A stretch of DNA of 63,527 nucleotides, filler included. It is 6 parts of 6 records of this genome, joined end to end, with 100 filler letters (N's around TTAATTAATTAA, not from the genome) between each part and the next. Parts side by side here need not be neighbours in the genome. Positions count along the whole stretch, not along the records: positions 18,486 to 32,126 come from SRR20825010_4534; positions 32,227 to 51,008 come from SRR20825010_4545; 4 more parts are not named here. The stretch is one strand, 5' to 3'. A program made the translations under genes and the position numbers. The notes beneath the pieces were generated by a model that worked only from the letters and a program-made list of their open reading frames with translations, made no database searches and was not told where the DNA came from. Shown one piece after another: positions 21,260-32,762 of this stretch; positions within the stretch are counted from its first letter, which is position 1; each line of letters starts with the position of its first letter.

Positions 21260-21906
21260 TCAGGTCGGAGCAGAAAAAAGCTCGACGCCAACCTCCTCTC
21301 TCCATGGCGAATACTTGAGCATGGCTTGCAGGAATAAAGGGTGATCCGACCAACAACCCAACCATACCTGCAAAATCGGATAAGGCAGGCTATAGAAAAG
21401 ATCACGATCCATATGCGCAAACTGACGGATGAACGGCATAATTCCCATATCAGCTACAGTTATGGCACTTCCCATCAAGAAAGGCTTTTAGCCAACCGCA
21501 TCTCTAGAACTTGCAAGAACATTCACACCTTTTCCGATATTCGGCCGAGACTGCTACGGATAACGGTCAGGGTATTTATAACGACCCAGCCAATACTTTA
21601 ATTCGCTGTCATTTTCTCAAACAAGGCATTAGCTTGATGCAGAGTCTTTTCATTCAGCAAGCCCTGAGGATATTTCTGCTCAAGTTCCCACCTGGCGATA
21701 TCCCAGCCCTCTTCAACCACATCGCCAACCCCAGCTTTTAAACTGGAACGGTCTCTTTTGGGCTAATCGCCAGCATCTAGACCGGATTGTTTTCAGCTCG
21801 ATTTCCCGCGACTCTACCAATATCCGTGCAAACAAGAGACCCAAGCGAGCAGTCATTGCATAGGGTAAACGACGAAAAAGCACTAGCAGTTCAGGGAAAA
21901 TTTCAT
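21260..21906 (-). pseudogene. Degraded glutathione S-transferase
   Basis: Fragments FRRLPYAMTARL..ESREIELK / MLAISPKETVPV / KYWLGRYKYPDRYP / ADMGIMPFIRQFAH, broken by frameshifts and stops. Confidence 0.85.
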
Positions 21907-22060
21907 AGCATTTTTGCTTACTAAATAATGAAGCCTGGAGAGCGCATCATCCCATGATCACCAGCGGACGAATCTCCCACCGTATAGCTCTTGGCTTGGC
22001 CACGCACAGGAATCCGGCTCAGATACATCCACCAAAAGCCGCTAATCATGTGGTGATACC

Positions 22061-22462
22061 TCAATCTGGCAGCCCCTCGAACGCTGGCAATACCGCTAAC
22101 CCCCTATCCCAGCCAGCTTTTCTGGACACAAAAATTTGTGCCGTTGGCGCCATAGTGATTTCAGTGTCCACACACCCAGCGGGAACGACGAGCAAACCCG
22201 ACGCCTGATTACCTGGCAATGCTGAACCACACAACGCACAAAAGCTTTTGCTATGACGAGTACCCGGAAGCGTGAAAAAAGTCACGACGTCTTCGCCCGA
22301 CCGCCAGATCAATTTAGCTGACTGCGAGAACAGATTTGCGGAATGAGACGAACCCGAATCTTTTTGGCAATGCTGACAATGACAGAGATAAAAGCTCTCG
22401 AAATCACCTTCCACCTCAAAGCTCACGGCACCACACAGACAAGAACCAAAATAACTATTCAT
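22061..22462 (-). CDS. GFA (CENP-V) family Zn protein
   Basis: GSCLCGAV, CHCQHCQK, FCALCGS. Confidence 0.92.
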   Translation of the reverse strand: MNSYFGSCLCGAVSFEVEGDFESFYLCHCQHCQKDSGSSHSANLFSQSAKLIWRSGEDVVTFFTLPGTRHSKSFCALCGSALPGNQASGLLVVPAGCVDTEITMAPTAQIFVSRKAGWDRGLAVLPAFEGLPD

Positions 22463-22578
22463 CGGAGTCACCACCATGACTTGTGCAGACAAAATACATC
22501 ACGTATAGCGCAGTCTTTTTATTTAGAATTAGCGGCAGCGCAGCTGCCAAAAATGAAACGTTAAGTGTCAATATCCCG

Positions 22579-23196
22579 CTACTTATTAGCAGCATAGAAC
22601 GGCTGAATTAAACCTGACTCTTCTACGTAATTTATTAGCAAGTCACCCAAATCATCTGGATCTTTCCAATATTGGCGGTCAATTTTTTCTAGTTCCATGC
22701 TCCACTCTGGCATTGGCTCGTTTTCATAATCAGAATACTGCTTCATCAACGCCCAGCGTTGCTGGCGATCTTTCGGAGGAAAGGCATCGCCGAATAATAT
22801 TTTGGTGGCACAACGAAGCAACGATAACGACTCGGTTGCCTCTAAAAGGGTTAGCCCCTCTATGGCTTCTGCATAAAACTCACCAGAACTGTTGCTAAAG
22901 AACTGATGCATTCCGCCGTTATAAACTTCACCATCAAGACAACTCACTGCAAAGTAGATTTTCTCTGGTTTCGAGAGATTGTCAAAAGCCCCGTTATCGC
23001 CATGAACTCTACCGACCAAGGAAGACCAAAGCTCGCTATATGGGTCATATTCCTTTTGTTTTTCATAGAACGCCTTTGATTCCTCAATACTCTCCCGGAT
23101 ACCCTGCTTGCAGGCCATACAGACTCCGCCCGTTCTCTCTGCTGTAGAAGGGAGGATTAATGCATCACATTTACTACAAGGCACTTTGTCTGTCAT
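22579..23196 (-). CDS. DUF4375/DMP19 domain protein with N-terminal CxxC...CxxC
   Basis: LDGEVYNGGMHQFFSNSSG motif; N-terminus CSKC...CMAC. Confidence 0.75.
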   Translation of the reverse strand: MTDKVPCSKCDALILPSTAERTGGVCMACKQGIRESIEESKAFYEKQKEYDPYSELWSSLVGRVHGDNGAFDNLSKPEKIYFAVSCLDGEVYNGGMHQFFSNSSGEFYAEAIEGLTLLEATESLSLLRCATKILFGDAFPPKDRQQRWALMKQYSDYENEPMPEWSMELEKIDRQYWKDPDDLGDLLINYVEESGLIQPFYAANK

Positions 23197-23336
23197 TTAT
23201 GATCCTGAAACCCGTCGCAGCACGAAGCCTGGAATGAGAAAAGAATAGACATTTAATCCGCCCCTCGCCGTTTACCAGGATTCTCAAGCATGCCGGACCG
23301 CATACGATTCGTCACTTAACCAGCAAAGCCTTGCTC

Positions 23337-23370
23337 AAAAAAAAGCCGCACACATGAAGGCACGGCTTTT
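23337..23370 (-). terminator. Probable intrinsic terminator after gcvPB
   Basis: AAAAAAAAGCCG...CGGCTTTT hairpin with A/T tails. Confidence 0.6.
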
Positions 23371-23434
23371 CGTATCATCGACCTGACGGGCATCAGTGCG
23401 TTTTTTGCATTAAGTGTGTTGCCTGGAGCGGATC

Positions 23435-24901
23435 TTATTCGCTCCAGGTCAGGTCCAGTTCGCGGGCCGCCTTCACATCATCCAACCGACGCACCGGCTG
23501 GGTGAAGGGGGCTTCTTTCACCATGTCGGGTTCGTTGCGCGCTTCTTCCAGAATCGCGGCCATGGCATCGACGAACTCGTCCAGGGCTTCCTTGCTTTCT
23601 GTTTCGGTGGGCTCGATAAGGAAGCACTCCGGCACCAGCAGCGGGAAGTAGGTGGTCGGTGCGTGCTGGTTGTAATCCAGCAGGCGCTTGGCGATATCCA
23701 TGGCGGTGACGCCCAGCTCTTTCGCTTCTTTTGCGAAAGTGAGGATGAACTCGTGGCTGGCGCGACGATCCGGATAGGCGGCGGTGCAGCCCACGGCTTC
23801 CAGACGCTTGAGCAGGTAGTTGGCCGCCAGGGTGGAGAATTCGCCCACGCGGATCATGCCTTCGCGGCCCAGGGAACGGGCGTAGAAGTAGGCGCGCAGC
23901 AGCACACCGGCGTTGCCCATAAAGGCACTCAAGTGACCAATGCTGGTGCTCAGAGTATCGGTATCGATCCAGTGGTAGCTGCCGTCGTCCCGCTGGCCCG
24001 CCATGGGCGTAGGCAGGTAAGGCAACAAACGCTCGGACACACCCACCGGGCCCGCACCAGGACCGCCGCCACCGTGCGGGGTGGCAAAGGTCTTGTGCAG
24101 ATTCATATGAATCACGTCGAAGCCCATGTCACCGGGGCGCACTTTACCGAGGATAGCGTTCAGGTTGGCGCCATCGTAGTACAGCAAGCCGCCGGCTTCG
24201 TGTACGGCTTTGGCGATGTCTTCAATCTGCCGTTCGAACACGCCACAGGTGGACGGGTTGGTCATCATCAGGCCAGCGGTCTGCGGACCGCAGGCAGCCT
24301 TGAGCGCCTCCAGATCCACATCGCCATCCGGGCCGACCGGCACTTCACGGACCTTGTAGCCACACATGACGGCGGTGGCCGGGTTGGTGCCGTGGGCAGC
24401 GTTGGGGATCAGGATTTCAGTACGGCCATCATCACCACGGGCATCGTGGTAGGCGCGAATCATGGCAACGCCGGCAAACTCACCCTGGGCGCCGGCCATG
24501 GGCGCCAGCGATACGCCTTTCATGCCGGTAACTTCCTTGAGGAAGTTCTGCAGCTCGAACATGCAGCTGAGGAAACCCTGGCTGTGGCTTTCCGGCGCCA
24601 GCGGATGACGATTGAGAAAGCCCGGCAACATGGCGGCGCGGTTGGCACCACGGGGGTTGTACTTCATGGTGCATGAACCCAGCGGATAGAACTGCTTGTC
24701 GATGGCGAAGTTCTTGCTGGACAGGTTGGTGTAGTGACGCACCACCTGCATTTCGGACACTTCCGGCAGCCCCGGTTTTTCCTTGCGGCGCAGGTGCGCA
24801 GGAATGGCGGACAGCTTGTCGTCACTTAACGCTTTCGGCGCTTGGGAAGTGGCGCTACGGCCCGGGTGAGACAGTTGGAAAATCAGTTGTGTCTCGCTCA
24901 T
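23435..24901 (-). CDS. gcvPB: Glycine dehydrogenase (decarboxylating) subunit 2
   Basis: [38 protein letters not shown]. Confidence 0.97.
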   Translation of the reverse strand: MSETQLIFQLSHPGRSATSQAPKALSDDKLSAIPAHLRRKEKPGLPEVSEMQVVRHYTNLSSKNFAIDKQFYPLGSCTMKYNPRGANRAAMLPGFLNRHPLAPESHSQGFLSCMFELQNFLKEVTGMKGVSLAPMAGAQGEFAGVAMIRAYHDARGDDGRTEILIPNAAHGTNPATAVMCGYKVREVPVGPDGDVDLEALKAACGPQTAGLMMTNPSTCGVFERQIEDIAKAVHEAGGLLYYDGANLNAILGKVRPGDMGFDVIHMNLHKTFATPHGGGGPGAGPVGVSERLLPYLPTPMAGQRDDGSYHWIDTDTLSTSIGHLSAFMGNAGVLLRAYFYARSLGREGMIRVGEFSTLAANYLLKRLEAVGCTAAYPDRRASHEFILTFAKEAKELGVTAMDIAKRLLDYNQHAPTTYFPLLVPECFLIEPTETESKEALDEFVDAMAAILEEARNEPDMVKEAPFTQPVRRLDDVKAARELDLTWSE

Positions 24902-26256
24902 GCCAGCACCTCCTTCAGCGCCGCTGCAAACAAATCCAGATCACCTTCGCTGTGCACTTCGGTGGCGTTCACCAAAATCGCGTTGGCCATGTCGTAGTCT
25001 TTCGCCAGGCTCACACCACCCAGCACGTCTTTCTCGGCCAGCGCCGCCAGCACCTGATCCGCCGGTTTCGGCAGGGTCAGCACCACTTCGTGGAAGGTGG
25101 GCGCGGTGAAGGCACGCTCCACGCCATTAATAGCGGTGAGTTTGTCGGCCAACGCCTGAGTGTTGGCGTGGCAATGGGCCGCCACATTGCCCAGACCGTC
25201 TGGCCCAAGCAGCGAGGTATAAATGGTCGCCGCGGTCATGGCCAGGCCCTGGTTGGTACAGATATTACTGGTGGCCTTGGAGCGACGAATATGTTGTTCA
25301 CGGGCTTGCAGCGTCAGGGTGAAACCCTGCTTGCCTTCCATGTCCACGGTGCGGCCGATGATCCGGCCCGGCATTTGCCGAACGTGTTTTTGCTTGCAGC
25401 ACATGAAGCCGAAATACGGACCACCGGAGGACAACGGCACACCCAGCGGCTGCCCTTCACCCACCACGATGTCCGCACCTTCTGTGCCCCATTGGCCGGG
25501 CGGGGTCAGCAGCGCCAGAGAGGTGGGGTTCACCACACCGATGACCAGCATCTTGTTGGCATGGGCCCAGTCGGTGAGCGCATCCACTTCTTCCAGTGAA
25601 CCGAAGTAGTTGGGCTGGCTAATCACCAGGGCGGCGAAGTCTTCGCCTTCATAGGGCTTGAGCACATCCAGCGGAGTCTGGCCGCTGGCAGGATCGAAGC
25701 CCACTCTTTCCAGGGCCACATCCTGATTTTCCACAATGGCCTGGGTGGCACTGGTGTAACGCGGATTCAACGCAGTGGGCACCAGCACTTTGCGGGACTT
25801 GCTCTTGCGGTTGGCGCGCAGGCTCATCAGCACCGCTTCGGCCAGGCCGGACGCACCGTCGTAGACAGAGGCGTTGCTCACGTCCATGCCGGTGAGACGA
25901 GTCATCAGGGTCTGAAATTCGTAGATCACCTGCAAGGTGCCCTGGCTGGCTTCCGCCTGGTACGGCGTATAGGCGGTGTAGAACTCACCACGAGTCGCAA
26001 TCTCCCATACCGCCGCCGGAATGTGGTGCTGGTAGGCACCGGCCCCGATAAAGCTCACCGCGCCAGCGTCCTGGGCGGCGCGCTCGCTCATCAGGCGGGT
26101 CACTTCCATTTCGCTCAGGCCTTCAGGCAAGGCATCGAGCTTGCCAGCGGCTTTCAGGTGCGCGGGAATTTCATCGAACAAATCTTCGATGCTGTCGGCG
26201 CCAATGGCGTCGAGCATGGCACGCACGTCATCGGGGGTATGGGGGATGTAGGGCAT
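24898..26256 (-). CDS. gcvPA: Glycine dehydrogenase (decarboxylating) subunit 1
   Basis: [31 protein letters not shown]. Confidence 0.97.
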   Translation of the reverse strand: MPYIPHTPDDVRAMLDAIGADSIEDLFDEIPAHLKAAGKLDALPEGLSEMEVTRLMSERAAQDAGAVSFIGAGAYQHHIPAAVWEIATRGEFYTAYTPYQAEASQGTLQVIYEFQTLMTRLTGMDVSNASVYDGASGLAEAVLMSLRANRKSKSRKVLVPTALNPRYTSATQAIVENQDVALERVGFDPASGQTPLDVLKPYEGEDFAALVISQPNYFGSLEEVDALTDWAHANKMLVIGVVNPTSLALLTPPGQWGTEGADIVVGEGQPLGVPLSSGGPYFGFMCCKQKHVRQMPGRIIGRTVDMEGKQGFTLTLQAREQHIRRSKATSNICTNQGLAMTAATIYTSLLGPDGLGNVAAHCHANTQALADKLTAINGVERAFTAPTFHEVVLTLPKPADQVLAALAEKDVLGGVSLAKDYDMANAILVNATEVHSEGDLDLFAAALKEVLA

Positions 26257-26316
26257 GGGGCTACCTGATAGTTGGGGCGTTTGCTGTCAGTTTACGGCGT
26301 TCTGACACGGGCAATG

Positions 26317-26370
26317 CACGCAACACGCTTCACGCAACAGCTCGCCGTTTTGGCGTGTTGCGTGATGCGT
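26317..26370. repeat. Heptamer tandem repeat (CACGCAA/CACGCTT) with inverted partner forming a hairpin
   Basis: ACGCTTCACGCAACA (26325-26339) pairs with TGTTGCGTGATGCGT (26356-26370), 14/15. Confidence 0.7.
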
Positions 26371-26392
26371 CCGACGTGCTGCGGCGAAGCGA

Positions 26393-26779
26393 TTATTCGC
26401 TATCGATCTGCGCCTGGTACTGGTCGGCGGTGAGCAGGTTGTCCAGCTCGCCTTCGTCGCTCAGCTGCACTTTGAACAACCAACCGCCTTCATAGGGCAC
26501 GTTGTTGACCAGCTCCGGCTCATCTTCCAGTGCTTCGTTGATCTCAACGATTTCACCGGATACCGGGCTGTAGATGTCGGAGGCCGCTTTCACGGATTCC
26601 ACCACACCGGTTTCATCGCCGGCGGCAACAACCTGACCGACTTCGGGCAGTTCCACGTAGACCAGATCGCCCATGGCATCCTGAGCGTGGTCACTGATGC
26701 CGACGGTGGCAACACCGCCTTCTACCTTGGCCCATTCGTGGCTGGCGGCATAACGCAGCTCGGCTGGAATTTCGCTCAT
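26393..26779 (-). CDS. gcvH: Glycine cleavage system H protein
   Basis: [23 protein letters not shown] lipoyl motif. Confidence 0.97.
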   Translation of the reverse strand: MSEIPAELRYAASHEWAKVEGGVATVGISDHAQDAMGDLVYVELPEVGQVVAAGDETGVVESVKAASDIYSPVSGEIVEINEALEDEPELVNNVPYEGGWLFKVQLSDEGELDNLLTADQYQAQIDSE

Positions 26780-26796
26780 TGTTTTCTCCTTGGTTA

Positions 26797-26946
26797 AACG
26801 CTTCACGCGACACGATTCACGCGTGCACGCTGAAATTTATTCAACAGGAACGTCGCTGGCGACGCTCCTGCAGTGGGGCAATATTTTGGCGAAGATGCCG
26901 TTGGCATTTCCGCCCTGCGAAACAGGCTTCCCGCCGCGAGAAGCGT
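26797..26946. repeat. Heptamer repeats plus inverted repeat enclosing a REP-like hairpin in the gcvT-gcvH spacer
   Basis: AACGCTT CACGCGA CACGATT CACGCGT; 26798-26809 pairs with 26935-26946; inner hairpin 26845-26870. Confidence 0.6.
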
Positions 26947-26949
26947 GCG

Positions 26950-28029
26950 CTACAGCTCTTTATAAACCGCTTCGCCATTACGGACGAACGGCGGCTTGAC
27001 CACCTGTGCAACCTGGCGCTTGTTGCGGATTTCCACATCCACCTTGCCGGTGGCGCCAGCGGGCAACCGCGCCAGGGCAATGGATTTACCCAGCGTGGGC
27101 GAGAAGGTGCCGCTGGTGATTTCCCCTTCTTCGCCATTGGGCATCAGGACTTTCTGGTGGGCGCGCAATACCCCCTTGCCTTCCAGAATCAGACCCACCT
27201 GCTCGGCGTGGCCGTTTTCCTGCTGGTTAAGCAGTGGCTGGCGACCAATGAATTCCCGGTCGTTCAGCATCACGGTCCAGCCCATGTTGGCTTCCCACGG
27301 CGTGATGGTGTTGTCCATGTCGTTGCCGTACAGGTTCAGGCCCGCCTCAAGACGCAGAGTGTCACGGGCGCCCAAGCCGATGGGGGCAACGCCGGCGTCC
27401 AGCAACTGGCCCCACAGGGCCACTGCATCCGCGTTGGGCAGCATGATTTCCACGCCGTCTTCGCCGGTGTAGCCGGTGCGGGCGATCATCCAGTCTCCGT
27501 CTTGCGCGAAGGCAAAAATTTTCAGGCTGCTTACCGCCTCAGCACGGGCACCGCTGAGCAGCCCCGCAAGCGTTTCACGTGCCTTCGGTCCCTGGATTGC
27601 CAGCATGGCCAGTTCCGGGCGCTCGTGAATATCCACGGCGAAACCGCCGGCCTGCTTTTCCATCCAGTCCAGGTCAGTTTCGCGGGTCGCGCAATTTACC
27701 ACCAGTCGGTAGCTATTGTCCTGTTTATAGACGATAAGGTCGTCGATCACGCCGCCATTGTCGTTAAGCATGCCAGTGTACAGGGCGCGGCCCACATCAA
27801 TGCGGTCCACGTCGTTGGCCAACAGCTGGCGCAGGTAATCACGGGCACCGGCGCCGGCAATATCCACCACGGTCATGTGGGAGACATCGAACACCCCGGC
27901 GTTTTGACGCACGGCGTGGTGCTCCTCGATCTGGGATCCATAATTGATCGGCATATCCCAGCCGCCGAAGTCCACTATCTTGCCGCCAGCGGCGAGATGA
28001 GCGTCGTATAAAGCTGTGCGGTGAGCCAT
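26950..28029 (-). CDS. gcvT: Aminomethyltransferase GcvT
   Basis: [28 protein letters not shown]. Confidence 0.97.
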   Translation of the reverse strand: MAHRTALYDAHLAAGGKIVDFGGWDMPINYGSQIEEHHAVRQNAGVFDVSHMTVVDIAGAGARDYLRQLLANDVDRIDVGRALYTGMLNDNGGVIDDLIVYKQDNSYRLVVNCATRETDLDWMEKQAGGFAVDIHERPELAMLAIQGPKARETLAGLLSGARAEAVSSLKIFAFAQDGDWMIARTGYTGEDGVEIMLPNADAVALWGQLLDAGVAPIGLGARDTLRLEAGLNLYGNDMDNTITPWEANMGWTVMLNDREFIGRQPLLNQQENGHAEQVGLILEGKGVLRAHQKVLMPNGEEGEITSGTFSPTLGKSIALARLPAGATGKVDVEIRNKRQVAQVVKPPFVRNGEAVYKEL

Positions 28030-28137
28030 AAAAAGCACCATGGAACGAGTGAATGGGGAATTATATCGACACGGGGCCGAGTGGCATAGGCTGGGCCGGC
28101 AATCTGCCCAATGTTGGCGCCCCCGGGCCGTAGCCAC

Positions 28138-28163
28138 AAAAAAGCCGGCCCGCAGGCCGGCTT
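28138..28163 (-). terminator. Intrinsic terminator after the aupB-like gene
   Basis: Minus strand AAGCCGGCC-TGCG-GGCCGGCTTTTTT. Confidence 0.8.
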
Positions 28164-28189
28164 GAATGCCACTGCCAAAAACAGTGCGG

Positions 28190-31150
28190 TTACTGCGGTT
28201 TCTTGATGGACCCGCTCTGGAAGGTAAGGTTCACCCCGCCAACGGGGATCTGCAGGTCGATGGTGGCCAAGGCACCGCCAATACGCACGTCGATGTTCTG
28301 CTCCGCCAGGCTCACCAAACCGATGACCAAACGGCCATCAGGGAGGAAATCCACCGGACCCGACAACTGGAGGTCATCCAGCGGGTAACTGTGCAGGTTA
28401 AATGGCAGCCCCAGCGGCGCCTCCATTTCCGGCGCATCGAGCAGCAAATCCAGCGTAGTGTCGAACATCAGCTGATCTTCAGCGGCGTCGTAGCGGATCC
28501 AGCCCGTTAGCGGTTGTGTCCGATTGCCATTGCCATCGGCATCGTAGCGGCCACGCATCACCAACGGTTCGGTGGGCACGTTCGGGCTTACCAGACCGGC
28601 AATCTGTGCGTAGACGTCGGTGTTGGTTGTGATCAGCACCGGTGGGTACAGCGTCACTTCCACCGCCTGTTCAACTTCGCTCCAGCCCACAATATCCGCG
28701 TTGATACCGCCGTTGAGATAGGTGAATTTATCCGCCGGACAGGTTTCGTTGATATCGCAGCCAATGTTTGCCGCAGTGGCAATCCCGCCGGTATCCGTCA
28801 CCGCCAGTTTTGCCGCATTAGTGGGCGTCGGGTACTCCCCACTGCCCGGCGGCGTTTCCTGCGCTTTGATTTCGGTATCTTCCAGCGCGAAGTTGGCATT
28901 CACATCCGCCTTGGGCAGGTTACGCAGCGGCAACAACACATTGTCGGTGGCCGCGGCTCCTGTGAACGCAATCGCCATATCCGGCCCGCCTTTATCCGCA
29001 TCCGGGCCCAGCAACTGTGCGGTCTGCAAAGGCATGTCATCTTGCGAACAGATTACCTCACCGGCGCAACCTGCCTGCTCATGGGACGTAAGCACATAGC
29101 GGTACAACACACCATTTTCCCAGGGCTGTTGAGGAGTAATGGTCAGCTTGCGAGTTTCCATGCTCAGGTGAGCAGGCACGGTTTCCAGGCAGTTGCCGGC
29201 CGTATCAATTTTCTCCACCCGCACGCTGCCTTGCCCACAGGTGGTGCCAAGCACCATGCTGTCGGCCGCCATATTCCGTGAGAACTGCACCTCGATGGGT
29301 CGGTTGGCTGGCAGCGTGGGCACCGGCAAGCTGTCACCGGCATCATTTTGATAGGCACTGGCGCACTCACCCTGAATACCGTTAGCCAGATCTTCCGTAC
29401 CGGAATAAATGCCGCAGGGGAAGCCCGGATACACGGTGGTGGTATACGGTGTGCGTGGACTGCTCGTCGTCGCGTCCGGCATGGCGAAGTCGAGGGTTTC
29501 CGGGTTCGCCGGGTTACCGCTCAGGTCCTGCACGCCATCGGTGAACACCACTTGATAGTCCGTACCAAAGGCCAGCGGGTCATTCGGTGTTAGCACCAGT
29601 GACGCGCCATCCAGGTGCCACTGAAACGGCACGTCTGTGCCCTGCCGGGTGATAGAAACGGTGGACCCCGGAACGATGGTGTCCTGGTTCGGGGTTTCAT
29701 CGAAGTTCAGCACCACCGGATCGCCGGGGCGGAAGCGGTCGGCGAAATCGCCGGGCTGCCAGCTTTGCAGGCTGGGGCCAGTAATATCGACTTCAGGCTC
29801 TGGTGCGGTGGTCTGGTCTGCGTAGGATTCCATGTGGAAGCTCAACACGCCGTAAGCGGTTTCCACGCCTAACACTTCCGGCTCGATCACCCCGATAGCG
29901 TCAATCACCATACGGCCGTCGACCACAATGGCGCGCCCCACCAACTCCACTTGCAGCAGAGTTTGGGTGAAGGCGCCGTTGGCGCGGGAATCCGCGGTGG
30001 AGAAAGCCAGATCCAGGGTCAGCTGTACTCGCCGCGGGGCTTCCGGGCTGGCACTGTAAGGCGCTGGCGACAGGGTGCCGGAGGCATCGGACAGGAAGCT
30101 GACGGTAACATCACCGGAATCGAAGCCCGCCGGCAGCTGGCCGCCAATTAGCACTTCCAGCGGCTCGCCTTTGAGCAGCGAACCTTTGCTGATGCGCAGT
30201 GGCGTGGCGTCCGGGAAGTCGGGCACGAAGGCCAGTTCTGCAAACACGTTACCGGACAATTTGGACACCGTAGTGTCACCCAACAGCTTGGCAATCAGCG
30301 GCACGCAATTGATCGGCTCGCCACTGAGCGGCGACAGCATGACGCCGTCCTCACCACAGGCCTTGGTAGGGTCCGCGGCCATGGCTTCAAGCACCAGGGT
30401 TTCCCGCGGGGTGGAGTCCTGCGGGGTCAGGGTAATACTGCTTTCCCCGCTGTAGGCAACACCGGTTTCACTGGTCAGCCCGGCGTCCAGTGCCAGGGTA
30501 TAGGCCACGCCTGGGCTCAGATCGTCCTTCGGGTCCAGGGTCAGCCGGGTGCCGCTCACCAGCAGGGTGGCATCCACCGGGTTGCCCGTATTGTCATTGA
30601 GGCTGACAGTGGTGTCGTCCACGGTGGCTCGGTCCAGCGGCTGCGAGAACTGCAGGTGGACGGTGGAAAAGTCCATGAAGGGCTGATCTTCGCCGCCCGA
30701 CGGCATTTGCCGGCTAATGACCAGCTCATCCGCTTGTTGCTGCTGCTCCTGCGGTCCCGCATCAGCGGAGCCGGTGGTGAAGTTCAGGGTGCCATCACTG
30801 AAACCGTCCAGGTCGATGCCGTTCAGGCTCAGGGTGTAGTCGCTGTTGAAGGCCAGCGGCAGGCGCGGCGTGATGACCACGGAGCGGCCCTGATCGGCCT
30901 CGCTCATGTCCACGTCGACAGCACCGTCCGGGCCGGTAAGGGTGATATCCGACAAGGCCAGACCCGGTGCTTCGGAGAACTGCACCACCAATGGCGCGTG
31001 CACGGATATCTGTTCCTGCTGGTCTGCCGGGTAGCTGTAGAACACCTGCCCGCTGTTGCGGCCACTGTAATCCACGGTCTGCTCACTGCCACCACCACCG
31101 CAGGCGGTCAGCACCAGCGCGGTGGCGAAAAGTACGCTCGTTCGCATCAT
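28190..31150 (-). CDS. Large lipoprotein with multiple bacterial Ig-like (Big_5) domains, AupB-like
   Basis: Lipobox LTAC; repeated Ig motifs (YP.D...[23 protein letters not shown]); directly downstream of a FadL-like gene. Confidence 0.75.
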   Translation of the reverse strand: MMRTSVLFATALVLTACGGGGSEQTVDYSGRNSGQVFYSYPADQQEQISVHAPLVVQFSEAPGLALSDITLTGPDGAVDVDMSEADQGRSVVITPRLPLAFNSDYTLSLNGIDLDGFSDGTLNFTTGSADAGPQEQQQQADELVISRQMPSGGEDQPFMDFSTVHLQFSQPLDRATVDDTTVSLNDNTGNPVDATLLVSGTRLTLDPKDDLSPGVAYTLALDAGLTSETGVAYSGESSITLTPQDSTPRETLVLEAMAADPTKACGEDGVMLSPLSGEPINCVPLIAKLLGDTTVSKLSGNVFAELAFVPDFPDATPLRISKGSLLKGEPLEVLIGGQLPAGFDSGDVTVSFLSDASGTLSPAPYSASPEAPRRVQLTLDLAFSTADSRANGAFTQTLLQVELVGRAIVVDGRMVIDAIGVIEPEVLGVETAYGVLSFHMESYADQTTAPEPEVDITGPSLQSWQPGDFADRFRPGDPVVLNFDETPNQDTIVPGSTVSITRQGTDVPFQWHLDGASLVLTPNDPLAFGTDYQVVFTDGVQDLSGNPANPETLDFAMPDATTSSPRTPYTTTVYPGFPCGIYSGTEDLANGIQGECASAYQNDAGDSLPVPTLPANRPIEVQFSRNMAADSMVLGTTCGQGSVRVEKIDTAGNCLETVPAHLSMETRKLTITPQQPWENGVLYRYVLTSHEQAGCAGEVICSQDDMPLQTAQLLGPDADKGGPDMAIAFTGAAATDNVLLPLRNLPKADVNANFALEDTEIKAQETPPGSGEYPTPTNAAKLAVTDTGGIATAANIGCDINETCPADKFTYLNGGINADIVGWSEVEQAVEVTLYPPVLITTNTDVYAQIAGLVSPNVPTEPLVMRGRYDADGNGNRTQPLTGWIRYDAAEDQLMFDTTLDLLLDAPEMEAPLGLPFNLHSYPLDDLQLSGPVDFLPDGRLVIGLVSLAEQNIDVRIGGALATIDLQIPVGGVNLTFQSGSIKKPQ

Positions 31151-31168
31151 TGTGTTTGCCTCCTGGGC

Positions 31169-32126
31169 TTAAAATTTCAGGGTGATGGAGCCACTAACCA
31201 CATTCACCTCACCACTGGCTTCCACCTGCTCGCTGGGCTGCGGGTAAACGGCGGACCGGGTGTCGTAAATATCGAAGGTGCGGTCTTCCAGGATCTGATG
31301 CTGATAGGCCAGATCAAAACGCACCGGGAAGGCGAGGAAGCGGGTTTTCTTGTATTTCGCGGTGACACCCAGGCCGATGATCCATTTGTCCGTGTCCAGG
31401 TAGTTCACATCTACCGACGCATTGGATTCCAGCGGTGACTCGCTGTAAGCCACCCCGCCGGTGAACGAAAAATTCTCGTTGAGACGAAATTCGGTACCAA
31501 TGCGCGGGATGATGACGTCCTGAAAGGTAAGCTGCCCGGGCTGGCCGCTGACCGCCTGATCCTTGATGGTGTCTTTCTCCAGCTCCTCTTCCAGGGCAGA
31601 CCATTCCTGCCATTCGATGGTCACCCCGGTGCGCCACCGACCCGCCTGATACTGCACACCACCGGCGAGAATATTGGGCTGGTAGGAATCCAGGGTATTG
31701 ATGTTGAGCATCAGGCCTGGGTTGGGAATGACGCCGGGAATCACCGCATTGGCGTTCACTTCGGTTTGGGTGTTGGAGTAACCGCGATAGGAAAAAGCGG
31801 TTTCCAGGCCATTGAACCAGCAGTCATCGCCTTCACCGCAGAAAGTCTCGCCCCAGTCCATGTTGATGCCAAAGATCGGGCGAATGGACGGTTTGGCGGA
31901 GACATCCAGCTCTTCGTACTGGGTGTTGCCGGCCAGGTCCGTGGTGGCGGACAGATCCGCCGCTGCATGCAGAGTAATTCGCGCTGTGGCCCCCACATCA
32001 ATACCGCGCCATAGCTGAGTGGCACCACCCAAATTAAGAAACAGCGGCTGGCGGCCGTATTCAAAATACTGACCCTGCTGGGAGGTCGAGGAATCAAACG
32101 CCAGCATTTCTTCACCGTATTTTTCC
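31169..32126 (-). CDS. FadL/TodX-family outer-membrane transporter, AupA-like (5' truncated)
   Basis: Amphipathic beta-strands, WQEWS, PRIGTE, GVAYSESP, C-terminal Phe. Confidence 0.75.
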
Positions 32127-32226
32127 NNNNNNNNNNNNNNNNNNNNNNNNNNNNNNNNNNNNNNNNNNNNTTAATTAATTAANNNNNNNNNNNNNNNNNN
32201 NNNNNNNNNNNNNNNNNNNNNNNNNN
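32127..32226. other. Artificial contig linker
   Basis: N44-TTAATTAATTAA-N44. Confidence 0.99.
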
Positions 32227-32760
32227 TTCCAGATTGATCTGGTGCATGATGCCGTTGCCCGCAGGGATCACATCCACATTCTTGAATGCGGTTTTGGTCC
32301 AGTTGATGAAGTGAAAACGGTCTTCGTTGCGGCGTTCTTCAATGTCGCGGTTTTTCAGGAAAGCATCGGCATCGAACCCACCGCATTCCACCGCCAGTGA
32401 ATGGTCCACAATCAATTGCGTGGGCACCACCGGGTTCACCAGCGATGGGTCGCCACCCTGGTCGGCAATCGCGTTGCGCAGCCCGGCCAAATCCACCAGG
32501 GCGGTTTGGCCCAGAATGTCGTGGCACACCACGCGCGCTGGGTACCAGGGAAAGTCCAGGTCGCGCTTGCGGTAAATGAATTGTTTCAGGCTGTCGGTCA
32601 ATGCGCCCGGTTCACACCGGCGCACCAGTTGCTCGGCCAACACCTTGCTGGTGTAGGGCAGCTTGTCCCAGGCGCCGGGCTCGATTGCATCCACAGCCGC
32701 TTGGGTGTCGAAGAAATCAAGTGGGGTGCCGGGCAGTTTTTTGCGAAATTGTGTGTTCAT
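32227..32760 (-). CDS. acnD: Fe/S-dependent 2-methylisocitrate dehydratase AcnD, N-terminal part
   Basis: DLDFPWYPARVVCHDILGQTALVDLAGLR; follows prpC. Confidence 0.95.
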
Positions 32761-32762
32761 GC

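Noticed and set aside
21907..22578. Integron attC sites between islet genes
   Set aside because: One RYYYAAC-like site but no matching GTTRRRY or paired L boxes, and no integrase
28030..28189. Glycine riboswitch upstream of gcvT
   Set aside because: Too little space after the terminator and no GGAGA/GAAG aptamer motifs
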